A stretch of 64,000 bases of DNA from Octopus vulgaris (lineage: Eukaryota): contig OX597815.1 of assembly GCA_951406725.2 (NCBI GenBank), positions 129,394,001 to 129,458,000 of the forward strand. Reading direction: 5' to 3'. The notes under the pieces are model-generated. The model made no database searches and was not told the origin of the DNA. It saw only the letters and a program-made list of their open reading frames with translations. The translations under genes were made by a program, and so were the position numbers. Of the stretch, positions 26,012 through 38,217 are shown in pieces. Within the stretch, counting starts at the first letter, position 1; each line of letters opens with the position of its first letter.

Positions 26012-27107
26012 TTAATCCTTTAGCATTTAAACTTACCATATCTGTCCCAAATATTCTGTTTTATGTTCAAACCTCTCACTCCTACCCTACAATGTCATTC
26101 TAAAGAAAAACAGTCACATCATTGATGTATGGAAGGTTTGAGATAATGCATGATGAAGCCATTTCTGCCTAAAATGCTAAATACTACGAAATTTTTGACA
26201 GCACATTAAAAAAAATTTTTTTTCAACATTTGAAGTGGAGATTGGTATTTATGTAATTACCAATATGGCTTCAGTATGTAGCAATTCTTACTTGGAAGAT
26301 TTTATACTTAATGACATACAAAATGTAGGGAAAAAATAGAAAATACCAGTGACTTGTCTTTCGGTGAAACAGATTTAGATGTTTCTGAATTCTTGCCCAT
26401 TGAAGATGAGCATTTTGATAGCAGAAGCGATGGCTCTCAGGATACCATTTAAAATATTATAGTGACACAATTAAGCAATAAAATACCAGTACATAAACCT
26501 GATTTTATTGAAAAAAATGTAATTGTAAATCATTGATTCTGAAACACCTGCTGATAATTCTCCTAAGCATGATTAATTCAAAACAAGGTGATTTTTCCAC
26601 TCTCGCCTCCCCCATCTCCCAACACCATCATACCACACCACACATCATATCACAACACCATCACGTACACATCAGCACTGACCACTTCCCAGACCCACAT
26701 TTTCACATCCATATATAGACACACGCACACATCAAGATCACCAGCCCTCTTCCACATGCACATACAAACTCTCTTATACACATGCACACACACCTTCGTT
26801 TTGGGATCACTGCTACTTTATTATCTCCCCTTCTTCCTCGCTCTCTTGTGTGACTCTTCTGTTCAGCATTCGCCATGATAGATCACTAGCAACTATACAT
26901 TCTTTATTTTCTCTCATTGTTTCTTTCTGTGGAAGAGCGTAGGCTCAAAATGTTAAAGACTTTTGCACTTCCCGAGCGTTATACTAATACATTTGTTCAT
27001 CTGTTTGTTGTCTACACCACCTGTCTTCGTCTTTTGTTTTTTTGTGAATTCTTTCCTAAATATATAAGCATTACATTTAACAGAGTAATCTAAATTCTAA
27101 AGAGTTA
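26012..27107. mobile_element. Probable piggyBac-like non-autonomous element with internal insertions
   Basis: Ends ttaatcctttagcattta / taaattctaaagagttaa are imperfect TIRs with TTAA; internal acidic coding-like remnant (~26345-26450). Confidence 0.45.
26600..27065 (+). mobile_element. PLE-like 3' fragment with degenerate hammerhead-like motif (26922-26959)
   Basis: TCTTT CTGTGGAA GAGC-gtag-GCTC AAAA TG TT AAAGA (CpG-type decay of CGAAACG); ends in (TA)n. Confidence 0.45.
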
Positions 27108-29419
27108 AAAACATACTGTCATTTGTCTGTTGGTTTAATGTCTATTTCTGTTTTTTCTTTGTTGGTATTAGTTTGGACTGGGAGTTATATGAAGCAGGAC
27201 TTTACAGCCAGATGCCCCTTAACTGTTTTCAAATGAGGGATAAGGCTTTGAAAACTCAGTTACTGGTGGTGTGAACAAGGAACATCATCTTCATCATCAC
27301 TTCACTCGGGCTGCGAATGCACGCACACACACACACACGTGTATGCATGTATGTGTGGGAGGCTTCCTAAAGTTTCCCCTCTCAAATCTCCTTAAAGGTA
27401 TTCATTGCCTAGTCATTCTTGATATATGTATATACACCCACCCGCAAAATCCATTAAATTCTCATTACTCTATTAATGATGATTCTATTTCATGAAGAAA
27501 ATTAAAGCTACTGGCCGAGAATATTTTTACATGCATACTTATGTGTGTAAATGTAAAATGTGTTTAAATTCCACTTGCTAGTTATTATTGAATCCTTGTG
27601 TATGATTCAAAAAGTGATTATTTCTACATTTTCTGGAAGTGATCTGTACTTTACAGTTTTCTAATTTTCAGCTGTGTATTTTCAAGTATTAGTATCCGGT
27701 TACAGTTGCCAACATCTCAAATCCCTTTCTTTATAAGAACATTTTACTTTGAAATAGATAATTTTACATACGCTCACACACGACATTTATTCTAGTAAAT
27801 GTGTGTGTGTGTGTGAGTGAAATATTTTCTTTGATCACCTGCTTAAAACACTAAGCTTATTTCTCAAAACATGAGCCTTATCCAAGATAATAAACAGCTG
27901 TATAAGATTGTGTTTTAGGGTTTTAGTTAAAATCCTTGGCAAATATAGTACATTTCAGAGAAGACTATTTAATTCTACATTTCCTTGGTTGTCTTAGTTG
28001 TGAAGAATAAATATCAGGGTTTTGTAGGAATGTTGTCTGTTACAGGCTAATGATCTTCCCTCAAAGGGCTTTGCTTCGCATTCCACTTTGCGATATGAAA
28101 ACTGGAGTTGAACATTGGTCTTATGGATGCTTATGATTCACGAAAGGAAATTAGTGGTATGCAACCCCCACTCCAACTGTACACTAATTAAAAAAGTGAT
28201 GGCATGCTTGACGTTTTATTGTTGGTGGCAGATCAAAAAAGGTCATATTGCCTCAGTTGTTGTTACAGTTCTGTTGAAGAATTTGCTTAGATAAATGATC
28301 TTGCTAATAGCTGGATGCTAGAAGTAAGTGGGAAGTAGGTTTTAGGTGTGTGATTGTAGCGGACATGTTACAAATTTTTCTTTTATTACCCATAACAATT
28401 TATCTGAACATGTGCTACACAGATAAATTGAAGCTCTAATAACCTAATGAGTTTTAGAAATGCCTTATTATTACTTGTATTTCATTCTGTTGTTTTCATA
28501 TCTTTACCCTATGCTGTCATGTGTCAAGTGGATTTGAAATCTGAAACATGGCTACTTTTCCTGATCCTGTATTTTGTCTGTGAAGCCTGATGATCTGATA
28601 TTTGATGTTATCTCTTATTTCCGTGTCTATCTTGATCTTCCTTTTGCTATGGATACATTCCACTTGGAACACGTGTCACTCTTTCATCTACCAGTTGTTG
28701 GCAATTCGTATTGTACATATATAACAAAGCAACTAATTACTTTTCTATATACGTGAAGTGATGTTATTAATGCCTTGCTACATTCAGCCTGAGAAGATAT
28801 TTTGTTATTAAACATTCAGATGGTACAGAAATTCTGCGCTGTGAAATCCTGTGTCCACTACTTTAATATTTTAATATATAATTATTTCTGTATTATATGG
28901 CATTCAATAGGCAAAGTCTTGTTAGAGAATTAGAATGTTTTCTGATATTTGTTTCAGCTCTCTGTTCTCTGAATTCAAATCATGCGGATGTGAATCAATA
29001 AAGAAGTATCAGCTAAGTGCTAGTGCAGCCTTCTCTCTCCCTCCAGCTGTGACATCTTTGATATTCTGTTGAGTCAAAGTTGGAGGGGGTCAGTGTTTGC
29101 TTGTGACTACATGGGCATCTAAAACACCTATAGATGCTGGAAAGAAACCAGTTGCATATGATGTTTGGATGTGTGATGTTAAATTACTTGAAATGCAGAG
29201 CAGAAGAGGGTTTAGGAGATCAATAGGTTATATACAAGAGAGATGATGATGTTGATAGAGATGTTGACTGCTGGTTTAGAATGTTCTGGAGTGAGAGTGT
29301 GATGTGTCCATGGCAGAAGAGGCTTGAGAAAAGTGGTCATCTCATCATCTTTGCCCACTTATTCCTGGGAGTATCATGGAAGCTCAGTCCTTAAACACAC
29401 CTGTCAGAAGCAGCTGTCT

Positions 29420-29620
29420 CCAATGGATTCAGCTGGATACCCAAGCAAGATCAACTGAGCTCGTGGATGCTATCCAACCATCTTGCTCATGTTTTACTCT
29501 TGGGGCTCCTGCCTGTTGGTTTTGCCCATAAAACCTGCCCAGTGACTCTTCACTAAGACATTCTTACCATGTGTCCATAGTATTAGAGTTGTGATCTCTC
29601 AATTCAACGAGCACGGCTTT
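29420..29620 (-). mobile_element. Old RTE C-terminal remnant
   Basis: Minus strand encodes YYGHMVRMS..RVTGQVLWAKPTGRSPKSKT..RWLDSI. Confidence 0.65.
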
Positions 29621-31399
29621 TTTTTTCTTGAAGAAAAGTGGTTGCTAAATTTAAGGATGTTGAGCCTTGCAAAAAATTTTCTGAAAGGTTGTAACATTCT
29701 ATGAAAAATCTGTCCAGCTCCTACACAAATGGATATTAAAATGAATTATGATACCAGATTTGGTTGATCTGTTTACTAAAATTGCTAATATCGTCTCAGT
29801 TTTATTAAATGTTTTCAACATATATTTACTCTGATTTTCATTTAAATGCCTCATTTTAAATTTTAGCTAAAGAGATTTTTATTTCCAGCAGAAAATTATC
29901 AAAAGAATGTTAATTCTTGTCTTGTCACTGTAATCACTTTGCCTCAAGTTTTGACTTGCATACCAGTATGAAAAGTTTGTATCATTGCCAGCTAACTTGG
30001 TTAAGAGAATTCTTTACTGAATATTGTAAATTTTATTGCAAACCAACATGGAACTGGTAGAACCCATATTTGGGAATTACTTAGATTGTCTTGGAATGTT
30101 GTTATTTAAACACCATCATTTCAAATTTTGTATTTTTTTTTCTTTTGCATTAAATATTAAGTATATCTATGAGTGTGTGCCTTTGGGTGTCTGCCCAATT
30201 ACTTAATTTATAAAGGGGCCTGGAAAATAGGATACAATAGTGATGATAGAAGAGATAGGTGAGACTGAGAGGGTGTATGAAGTTAGATAGTTTCAAGAAA
30301 CAAAGGTTGTTATAATTGTGGTAATAGATAACACAGCAATGGATGTCCAGGTAGAAATATAATCAAATGATTATCTTGGTTAGATAGATCCATGCTATAT
30401 GTCTGCTTAAACAAGATATTCAACAGCCACAATTACAATTATAGCCACAACACTTGTTCTTTACAGTTAATTTTTAACAAATAATGTCTCACCTGAAAAC
30501 AGAAGGAATCCTGTTGGAAAAGAATCTACAAACTTGGCCTGTAGTCTAAAAACTTACTACACCAGTATATCTTCAAGGAAGCCTCTATATAGTTGTTTGG
30601 ATTATTGGAAATAGCAGCCAAATTTCCCTCAGATCTTATCATTACTGCCATAGATAATGTATGTCATTGGAAAATGCTCTGGGAAAATGTTTTTATTAGT
30701 TTTGTTTGATCAAAACTGACTTTGGATTTAAACATTAAAATACTATTACACTGTTGTAAAGTAAATGGGTGTTATTAATGAGTCTGACTCTGTTAATTGC
30801 CAGACTAGTTACTTTAAGCTGTCTTGCTTGATGCCTCGCACTTTTTTTACATTCAATTTTGTAGAGGATCACTCAGTAAGGTAATATACACTAGGGAAGT
30901 ATACCAAGTAGCTATAATAACTTCCTGTCTAACTGCCTGCCAACCAGCTATATGCTTAAGATGAAAAGAAACTCTGGTCAATGTTATCTGAAGTCTTAAT
31001 GTAATCATTAATGCTAGTTAATTAGTGAAGATATTTGAGATGAATCTTCAAATAACTGAATCATTAAATGAACATATATTCCTCATATCAAACAACTTGG
31101 TAAGTAGTTTGTATTTATAGATTTTATTATAGCAATGCAAATCATTATACTAAGCATCATAACTCTATGGGATATCTAAATACAATCATTATAATAACTG
31201 TGTTTTTTAGTCTTCTGTTTCCCATCCTAATTATCATTTGTTAGTTTCATGCAAATTTACAGCCAACAGATATCATTCATTATTATAACAAGTTCATATT
31301 TGTTCAGTCTTCTGTCATTTCAGCAGTGAATTTGTTGACACTTGATCTGTTTTGAAAGTTCACATTGGAAGCAGATCTCAGTTGTTCAGTGGTGAGAAT

Positions 31400-31860
31400 T
31401 CAGTTGTTTGATCTGTTGAGTTACCTTCTCCTGAATTAACATGTAAGTGGCTGGTCATCCCACAGACGTGTGCTCTTAATGTAATTCTCAGGTAGAATCT
31501 GCATGACACAATGTGACAATTCTATATCTTATGAATTACAAGTAAACTGGCACTTGTTGGTAATGACAAGGAGTCCGGTTGATCCAATCAACAGAACAAC
31601 CTGCTTGTGAAGTTAAGCAAGTGGCTGATTAATCCACGAACACACATACTCTTAATGTAGTTCTCTTGAAGATTCAGTGTGACACAAGATGTGACAAACC
31701 CGATCCTTTAAAATACAGATACTACTCATTTTTGCCTGCTGAGTGAACTGGAGCAATGTGAAATAAAGTAACTTGCTCAAGGACATAATGTACCACAAGA
31801 GATTGAACTCATTACCTTCAGATTATGAACCAAATACTCTAACCACTAAGTCACATGCTT
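31400..31860 (-). mobile_element. tRNA-derived SINE with internal duplication
   Basis: gctgagtgaactggagcaatgtgaaataaag..cttgctcaagg..gattgaactc..ctaaccactaag; duplicated block aagtggctg...cttaatgta...atgtgacaa. Confidence 0.7.
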
Positions 31861-33176
31861 TCACTAAATTACCAGTAAAATCCACCTGACAGGCTTCTCT
31901 ACAATTTCCATCTACCCAGTTTCACTCTCAAGGTGTAGGTTAGCCCAAGGCTGTCAAAAAAAAATAGGAAAATGCATTTGTCCAAGATGCCATGTAGTAG
32001 GTTTGAACCTGGGACCTTATGTTCAAGAAGCAAACATCTTAATCATTCAGCCATACAACACCTACAAAAGCTCACATTACGCATCAAATCATATACTTTG
32101 TCTAAATTTAACTTGACCACATTTTTCAGTTTCAGAAAAACTATTTTATTTTTGTTTTGCTCTGACTACCAGGTCACTTCTAGCTTTAAATATACACATA
32201 CCTTTCTATTCCGCTCCATTCCCACTCTTTTCTTTGTTTCAATTATGCCAGAATATTTCAACTAAATTTTAAATGAATCAAGCATTTTTATAACCTGATT
32301 ATTGGTAATTCCACCAGTGGTGAGTGATGTGTTATCAAGTAGGTAGTAAGGTCCTTTTGAGCTGAACCTTTGATCCAATTTCAATTTCCAGCAATAGCTT
32401 GATTCTCTAATTTATTACAAAAATAATCAAGAAGTGTCTACTTGATTGTTCAAGAAGTAGTTGCAAAATTTCCTAAAATATCACACCACCATCTTAAAAA
32501 GGATGGAAATGTTGAATAACGAAACCTTAGTTCCTTTATTTTGTCTTAAACTTTCTAATACCAACCTATCATAGACTGCTCTTAGGCCTATGATATAAAC
32601 TTCATGTTTTAAAGTGAAATAAATGAAATCCTTCCATCAAAATTTCAGGTTTAAATTATGTTCCAAATACTAGGTTCATAATGAGTCACTTTATTAAATT
32701 ATTCTTTTACTCATTTCAGTCATTTGACTGTGGCCATGTTGGAGCACCACCTTTAGTTGAATGAATTGACCTCATGGCATATTCTTTGTAAACCTAGTAC
32801 TCGTTCTATCGGTTTCTTCTGCTGAACTGCTAAGTTATGGGGACATAAACACACCATCAGTTGTTCAGCGATGGTGAGGGAACAAACACAAACATATATA
32901 TACATACATATATACATGTCAAAGGGAAATGGAATTTAATTAAAATTAAAACATTCAATCAAAATTTACATTTCCAGTGGTCTAACGTGCAAAAAAAATT
33001 AGTCAAGAAGACTATATATTAGTCATACGATATAGTGTATATTTAAACACATAAGGAATCCACCTATAGGGAACTCAACACGCTAGAGAGAACAGCTAGG
33101 TTCTGTAAACCACAAAAATAACAGATAAAATTTGACAGGAATAAATTTGTAAATGAAAAACATTTACCATCTAGTA

Positions 33177-33253
33177 CTCTGGACCAATTGGTTTTTGATC
33201 ATCTTTTAGCAAGTCAAGGGGAACTCACAGGTCTGATTTTCTTCAGCAAGGTC
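33177..33253 (-). ncRNA. Degenerate type I hammerhead-like motif (GAAA mutated to AAAA) in a ~490-bp insert
   Basis: Minus strand: CCTTG CTGAAGA [AAATCAG..TGATCA] AAAA CCAATTGG TC CAGAG. Confidence 0.5.
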
Positions 33254-33415
33254 CAACCTAGGGTTAAACATATCCAACACAAGACAAACAAGGATACTTG
33301 TCTCCTGTTTATACGAACTAACTTTTCAAATTTTACTGCGCAGACAGTCTTTCGCTGGCTACAATGAAAAACCGCCAACTTTTAACCAAAAATTATCCAA
33401 AAACTTACATATATA

Positions 33416-33937
33416 CCATAAATCCTCGAGTATAATCCGCATTTTTTCCCCAAAATTTAAAGGTCAAAATTCCAAGTGCGTACTATATACGAGGTTAAAA
33501 ATGAAAAATATTTTCTAAGCAATGTCCAAGTCTCTATTTGCTGTCCGGCAATGTTTATTCAAACGCATTTTGTGATGTCAGGCCTGAAAATACCTTAAGC
33601 TAAACCTGAAAGCAAAGAAGTCATAAAAGAATCATCCATAACTTGCAGTAAGCAACATTTATTAAAATAAAAGTATTCAGAACACAGAATAACATGTAAC
33701 AAAAACAATTTGCAAACATATTTACATTCCCATATAACAGTTAAGAGCATCATCATTATTGTATTACGCATGCACGGAAGTGTTTGTTCGACTTGTTGCT
33801 GCTGGCTTAATTACGCACGACTCAAGTTAGAGAAGGGGTGCATATTATACACAAGGTTTGGGTTTTTCAGAGGTACAGCCCCCTAAAAATTCCCTGTGTA
33901 TTATACTCAAGGGCAGACTATACTCGAGGATTTACGG
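33416..33937. mobile_element. Tc1/mariner-superfamily (Tc2/pogo-like) MITE
   Basis: TIRs CCATAAATCCTCGAGTATAATC / GACTATACTCGAGGATTTACGG flanked by TA. Confidence 0.85.
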
Positions 33938-34811
33938 TATATATATACATATACACACACAATGGGCTTCTTTCAGTTTCCATCTACCAAATCCACTCAC
34001 AAGGCTTTGGTCGGCCCAAGGCTATAGTAGAAGTGGGACTGAACTCGGAACCATGTGGTTGGGAAGCAAGCTTCTTACCACATAGCCATGCCTATTCATT
34101 ATTTTAAAAATTAATTGAAAGTTAGTGTATTTCAGCAGAAATATGGTAACAAAAAGGTTAAATACCTTTGATTGGATTATAGATTTTCTCAATCAAAGCT
34201 AAGCTGGCACTAAACCACTTATTTTAGAAAAACTTCATTTATGCTCATAATGTCCTTGTGTAGCTGCATACTTATCACAACCTCAATCTTCTCTACTAAA
34301 ATCTATAGGGTCAGTCACCCTTTCAAGTAATTTGAGTCTCATACTGTTGTGGTGGTGGGGCAAGCAAGAAAAGGCAGCTCATAATCAGATGGAATGTGTT
34401 CCATGACATTTAGAAAACTCTGCTTTGTTTGTGTACTTTTGTAATGTAGAGTATAGCATAAAACAGATATTTTATACATATTTCTTCTGTTGACACAAGA
34501 TATATTAGCAAAACATTCTTCAGTTTTCTTCAAGGTTATTGAATGTTCTGTAGTTAAATATAAGTTAAACTTTACAAAAATAAATAAATAAAAATGCAGT
34601 AATTTGATAGAAATTAATACAAAGTAAGTTAGCAGTCTTCAAAGAAAGCTGTAATAAATAAATTTTGGTATTTGGGAATATATTTAGTGTTACTTTCAAA
34701 GAATTTTCTAAGTTAAAAGCATTGTAATGAGCAACTAGAGAATCACAAATTTGATTTAACTTGCTGCCAACATCAACTTTTGATTTATTAAAGTCACTTT
34801 TTGGCTAATTG

Positions 34812-35190
34812 ATTCTCTTTTCACTTCACTCTCTCTCTCCCTTTCTGTTCTCTCTTCTTACCCTCACTTTCTTTCTATTCTTTCTGCCTTACCCTCTCTT
34901 TCTCTTCTCTGTCTTACCCTTTCTTTCTTTCTATTCTCTCTTACCTATTCTCTCTTACCTATTCTCTCTTACCTACCTTTTCTCTCTTACCTTTTCTCTC
35001 TTACCTTTTCTCTCTTACCTTTTCTCTCTTACCCTTTCTCTCTTTCTATTCTCTCTTACCCTTCCTTTCTTTCTATTCTCTCTTACCCTTCCTTTCTTTC
35101 TATTCTCTCTTACCCTTCCTTTCTTTCTATTCTCTCTTACCCTTCCTTTCTATTCTCTCTTACCCTTTCTCTCTATTCTCTCTTACCCTC
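34812..35190. repeat. Polypyrimidine minisatellite (tctctcttaccctt units)
   Basis: Directly visible; source of spurious ORF 34809-35414. Confidence 0.9.
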
Positions 35191-35701
35191 ATATTGTTTC
35201 TCTCTTTTCCCCCTCTCCTATCTTTAACTCTCACACCGCCCTTTGTTTTTCTCCCTTTTTCTTTCATTTATCTCTCTCTCTAATTCAGATTTCTTCACAG
35301 CAATTGTATATATTTCCTACACTGAACATCTCTCTGATTGCATACATACGCATGCATGAGTGTGCATGTGTAAAATTCCATTATTTTATAAATCTTTTAT
35401 CTTTAAAAACATAAAAGAAACCATTTTATATGTTTCTCACAATATATTTGTGCTTAAAGTCATACTGAAATAGAAACAAGTACGTTGCATAAGATTCATG
35501 TTAGCCATTTAAAACAATCAGCAACAACATTGCATTAACATCTAGTTCTTCATGCTGGCATGGATCTAGTGAAATTTTTTGAGGCAGATTTTCTATGGTC
35601 AACCTTTTTGTTGCCAACCCTCACTTGTTTCCAAGTGAGTAATATTCTTCACAGACAGAGCAATGATTAGACACGATTGCATAAAGGAGTGCAAACAAAT
35701 T

Positions 35702-36073
35702 GGCCCAGGAGTGGCTGTGTGATAAGAAGCTTGCTTCTCAACCACATGGTTCTGGGTTCAGTCTCATTGCGTGACACTTTAGGCAAGTGTCTTTTACTAT
35801 ATCCTCAGGTCAACCAAAGCCTTGTGAGTGGATTTGGTAGACGGAAACTGAAAGAATCCCATTATGTGTGTGTGTGTGTGTGTGTGTGTCCATCACCATC
35901 GCCTGACAACTGATGTTGGTATGCTTGTGTCCCTGTAACTTAGTGGTTCGGCAAACAAGACCGATAGAATAAGTACCAAGCTTACAAAGAATGTCCTGGG
36001 GTCGATTTCTTTGACTAAAAGGCAGTGCTCAAACATGGCCACAGTCAAATGAATGAAACAAGTAAAAGAGTAA
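35702..36073 (+). mobile_element. SINE family A, full length
   Basis: Same diagnostic motifs as 17653-18064. Confidence 0.9.
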
Positions 36074-36487
36074 ATGATAATGCTTGTATGATGGTGACAT
36101 TTGTTTGCAATTAGTGCTTAATGTCAAGATAAGGAGATATGAATGCATGCATGAATGTGCGCACACGTGCATAAATGCAATTGGCTTCTATCAGCTTTCA
36201 GCTACCAAAGTTACTCACAACACTCTAGTCAGCTCAAGGTTATAGTCAAAGACATATGCCTAAAATACAGTGTAGTGGGGACTAAACCACGTGAATGTGA
36301 AACAAACATTTTAGCCATGCAGCTTTGCCTGCATCTATAAACAGTTATATTCACTTGTCTTCTTTTTAGTTATAGCAGACTGGCAACCACGTGGTACATG
36401 TACAATAAGGAAATGCTTTAGTAATAAATATATAATGTTAGTAAGGCAGTAATATTTAATGTTAGTAATTAATATATAATGTTAGTA

Positions 36488-36670
36488 GCAGAATCGTTAG
36501 CTTGCTGGGCATTTTCTCTGTCATTGTTCTGAGTTCAAATTCTGCCAAAGTCACCTTTGCTTTTCATCCTTTTGAGGTTAATAAAATAAGTACTAGATGA
36601 ACTCTGGGGTTGATGTAATCATCTTACACTTGCCCCTGAAATTGCTGGCCTTGTGCTAGAATTTGAAATT
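36488..36670 (+). mobile_element. SINE family B
   Basis: gcagaatcgttagc...gttctgagttcaaattctgcc...catccttttgaggttaataaaataagtac. Confidence 0.8.
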
Positions 36671-37499
36671 GATATGTAATGATAATAAAACGTAAAATGT
36701 GAATATCTCAGTAAGTTTTAAGGGGTTCTTGCAATGACCACAATGTAACTGCTTTTGTTGTATTGTTTTTTTTTGTTTGTTTTTTTGTTCTAAGAAGAAA
36801 GATATTGAATTGAAATCAACTTTGTTGCTTCCAACACTAAATTCTTCTATATGGATATTTCATTGACACATTTTTAACCATATTGCTGAATTGTCAAATA
36901 TACACCCCCACACCTAGTTTTCATGCAGAGTATGATGTCAAGTTTTTGAAATTCAGGGTGAGCAAGTACTTTACCTAATATTTTTTCTCCCTTTCATTCT
37001 AATATTTTTCATTCCATTAACACCTCATTTTATTTTATTAGCTCCTTTGTTATTTCATTTACTGTCAGTTCTTTCATCTGTTTCTCTCATTTTATTAGCT
37101 CCTTTGTTATCTCATTCTCTCTATTTTATTGCAGTCAATATTCTTATTACCTTTTCATTATATTTTTTTAAATGTTATATTTTATGTCCCTTTTATATTC
37201 ATTTTATATAGCCATACACACTCACACACACACACACACACTCTTTTATTCTTTTACTTGTTTCAGTCATTTGACTGTGGCCTTTAGTCAAGCAAATCAA
37301 CCCCAGGATTTATTCTTTGTAAGCTTAGTACTTATTCTATCGGTCTCTTTGCCAAACTGCTAAATTACAGGTCGTAAACACACCTGAGGTTTCCCATCCA
37401 TAAAGGGTCTTGGGATCTGGCGATACACCATAAAGCTAAACTCTTTAGGGACAGGAAACCTAGGGTAATCCCATAAATTGACCTTCCCCATTTTCTGAG

Positions 37500-37738
37500 G
37501 GGAAGACCCATCAAGCTGAGCAAAATCACAGTTGGGGTAGATACCAGTGTCATGCAAATGGCAGCTATGCTGGTGGCACTAAAGAGCACCCATTACACTC
37601 TCTGAGCAGTTGGCATTAGGAAGGGCATCCAGTCATAGAAAACCATGCCAAATCAGACTGGAGTCTGGTGCAGCAGGCTAGCCCAGTCAAACTGTCCAAC
37701 ATATGCCAGCATGGACAACAGATGTTGATGATGGTGAT
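37500..37738 (+). mobile_element. RTE 3'-tail copy
   Basis: ttggcattaggaagggcatccagtc...ccagcatggacaacagatgttgatgatg. Confidence 0.8.
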
Positions 37739-37763
37739 TATATATATATATATACACACACAC

Positions 37764-38217
37764 ATATTAATAGTTATTCGCCAAGCTAACATGGCAGTCC
37801 AATCGATTAACTTCAAGAGGCCATCGCCTCTAGCTAGCTATGTGACACACAAACCTGTGTCTGAGAGATTTAGAAATATTGATATTTCTATTTTCTAAAA
37901 CCAGTGGATGTATTCCACTGAATTTTGGTAAATAATCCTTCGAACAGACAGTCAGCACATTGATAAGGGGCAACTACCCCGAAACTAGTCTGTGGATGCC
38001 TACCCTGCAAAGGGAAGCTGCTGACCTCTGTTTGAAGGTTATAATGGACACAGGTTTTATGTGTCACCTAGCTAGCTAGAGGCGATGGCCTCTTGGAGCT
38101 AATCAACGGCAGCATTCGTCCTATTTTCGTGGTCTGCCATGTTAGCTTGGCGATAACTATTAATATCCAGTACCGCCGCCATAGTCTCCTTTAGAGAGAT
38201 TGAGAAATATTGATATA
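37764..38217 (+). mobile_element. Retrozyme-like / PLE-dependent non-autonomous element: inverted 5' segment + 331-nt unit + 23-nt terminal redundancy
   Basis: 37764-37861 is the inverse of 38047-38166; gagagatt(t/g)agaaatattgatat at 37863 and 38194; internal hammerhead; flanked by (TA)n. Confidence 0.75.
37956..37994 (+). ncRNA. Minimal type I hammerhead ribozyme (U3-A8 core)
   Basis: CACA TTGATAA GGGG-caacta-CCCC GAAA CTA GTC TGTG; predicted cleavage after 37990; palindromic ACTAGT stem III. Confidence 0.8.

Larger units (their letters stand above)
32703..34093 (-). mobile_element. SINE family A split at its internal (TA)n by two insertions
   Basis: 3' half at 32703-32916, 5' half at 33940-34093. 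Confidence 0.85.
32546..34160. mobile_element. piggyBac-like MITE split by nested insertions
   Basis: Left part 32546-32702 and right part 34094-34160 (ggtaacaaaaaggTTAA) rejoin into the 17065-17293 type element. Confidence 0.55.

Noticed and set aside
34809-35414. 201-aa hydrophobic ORF
   Set aside because: Polypyrimidine minisatellite, not a membrane protein
37383-37464. cctgaggtttcc / ggaaacctagg hairpin resembling a ribozyme
   Set aside because: Simple inverted repeat without the CUGANGA core geometry
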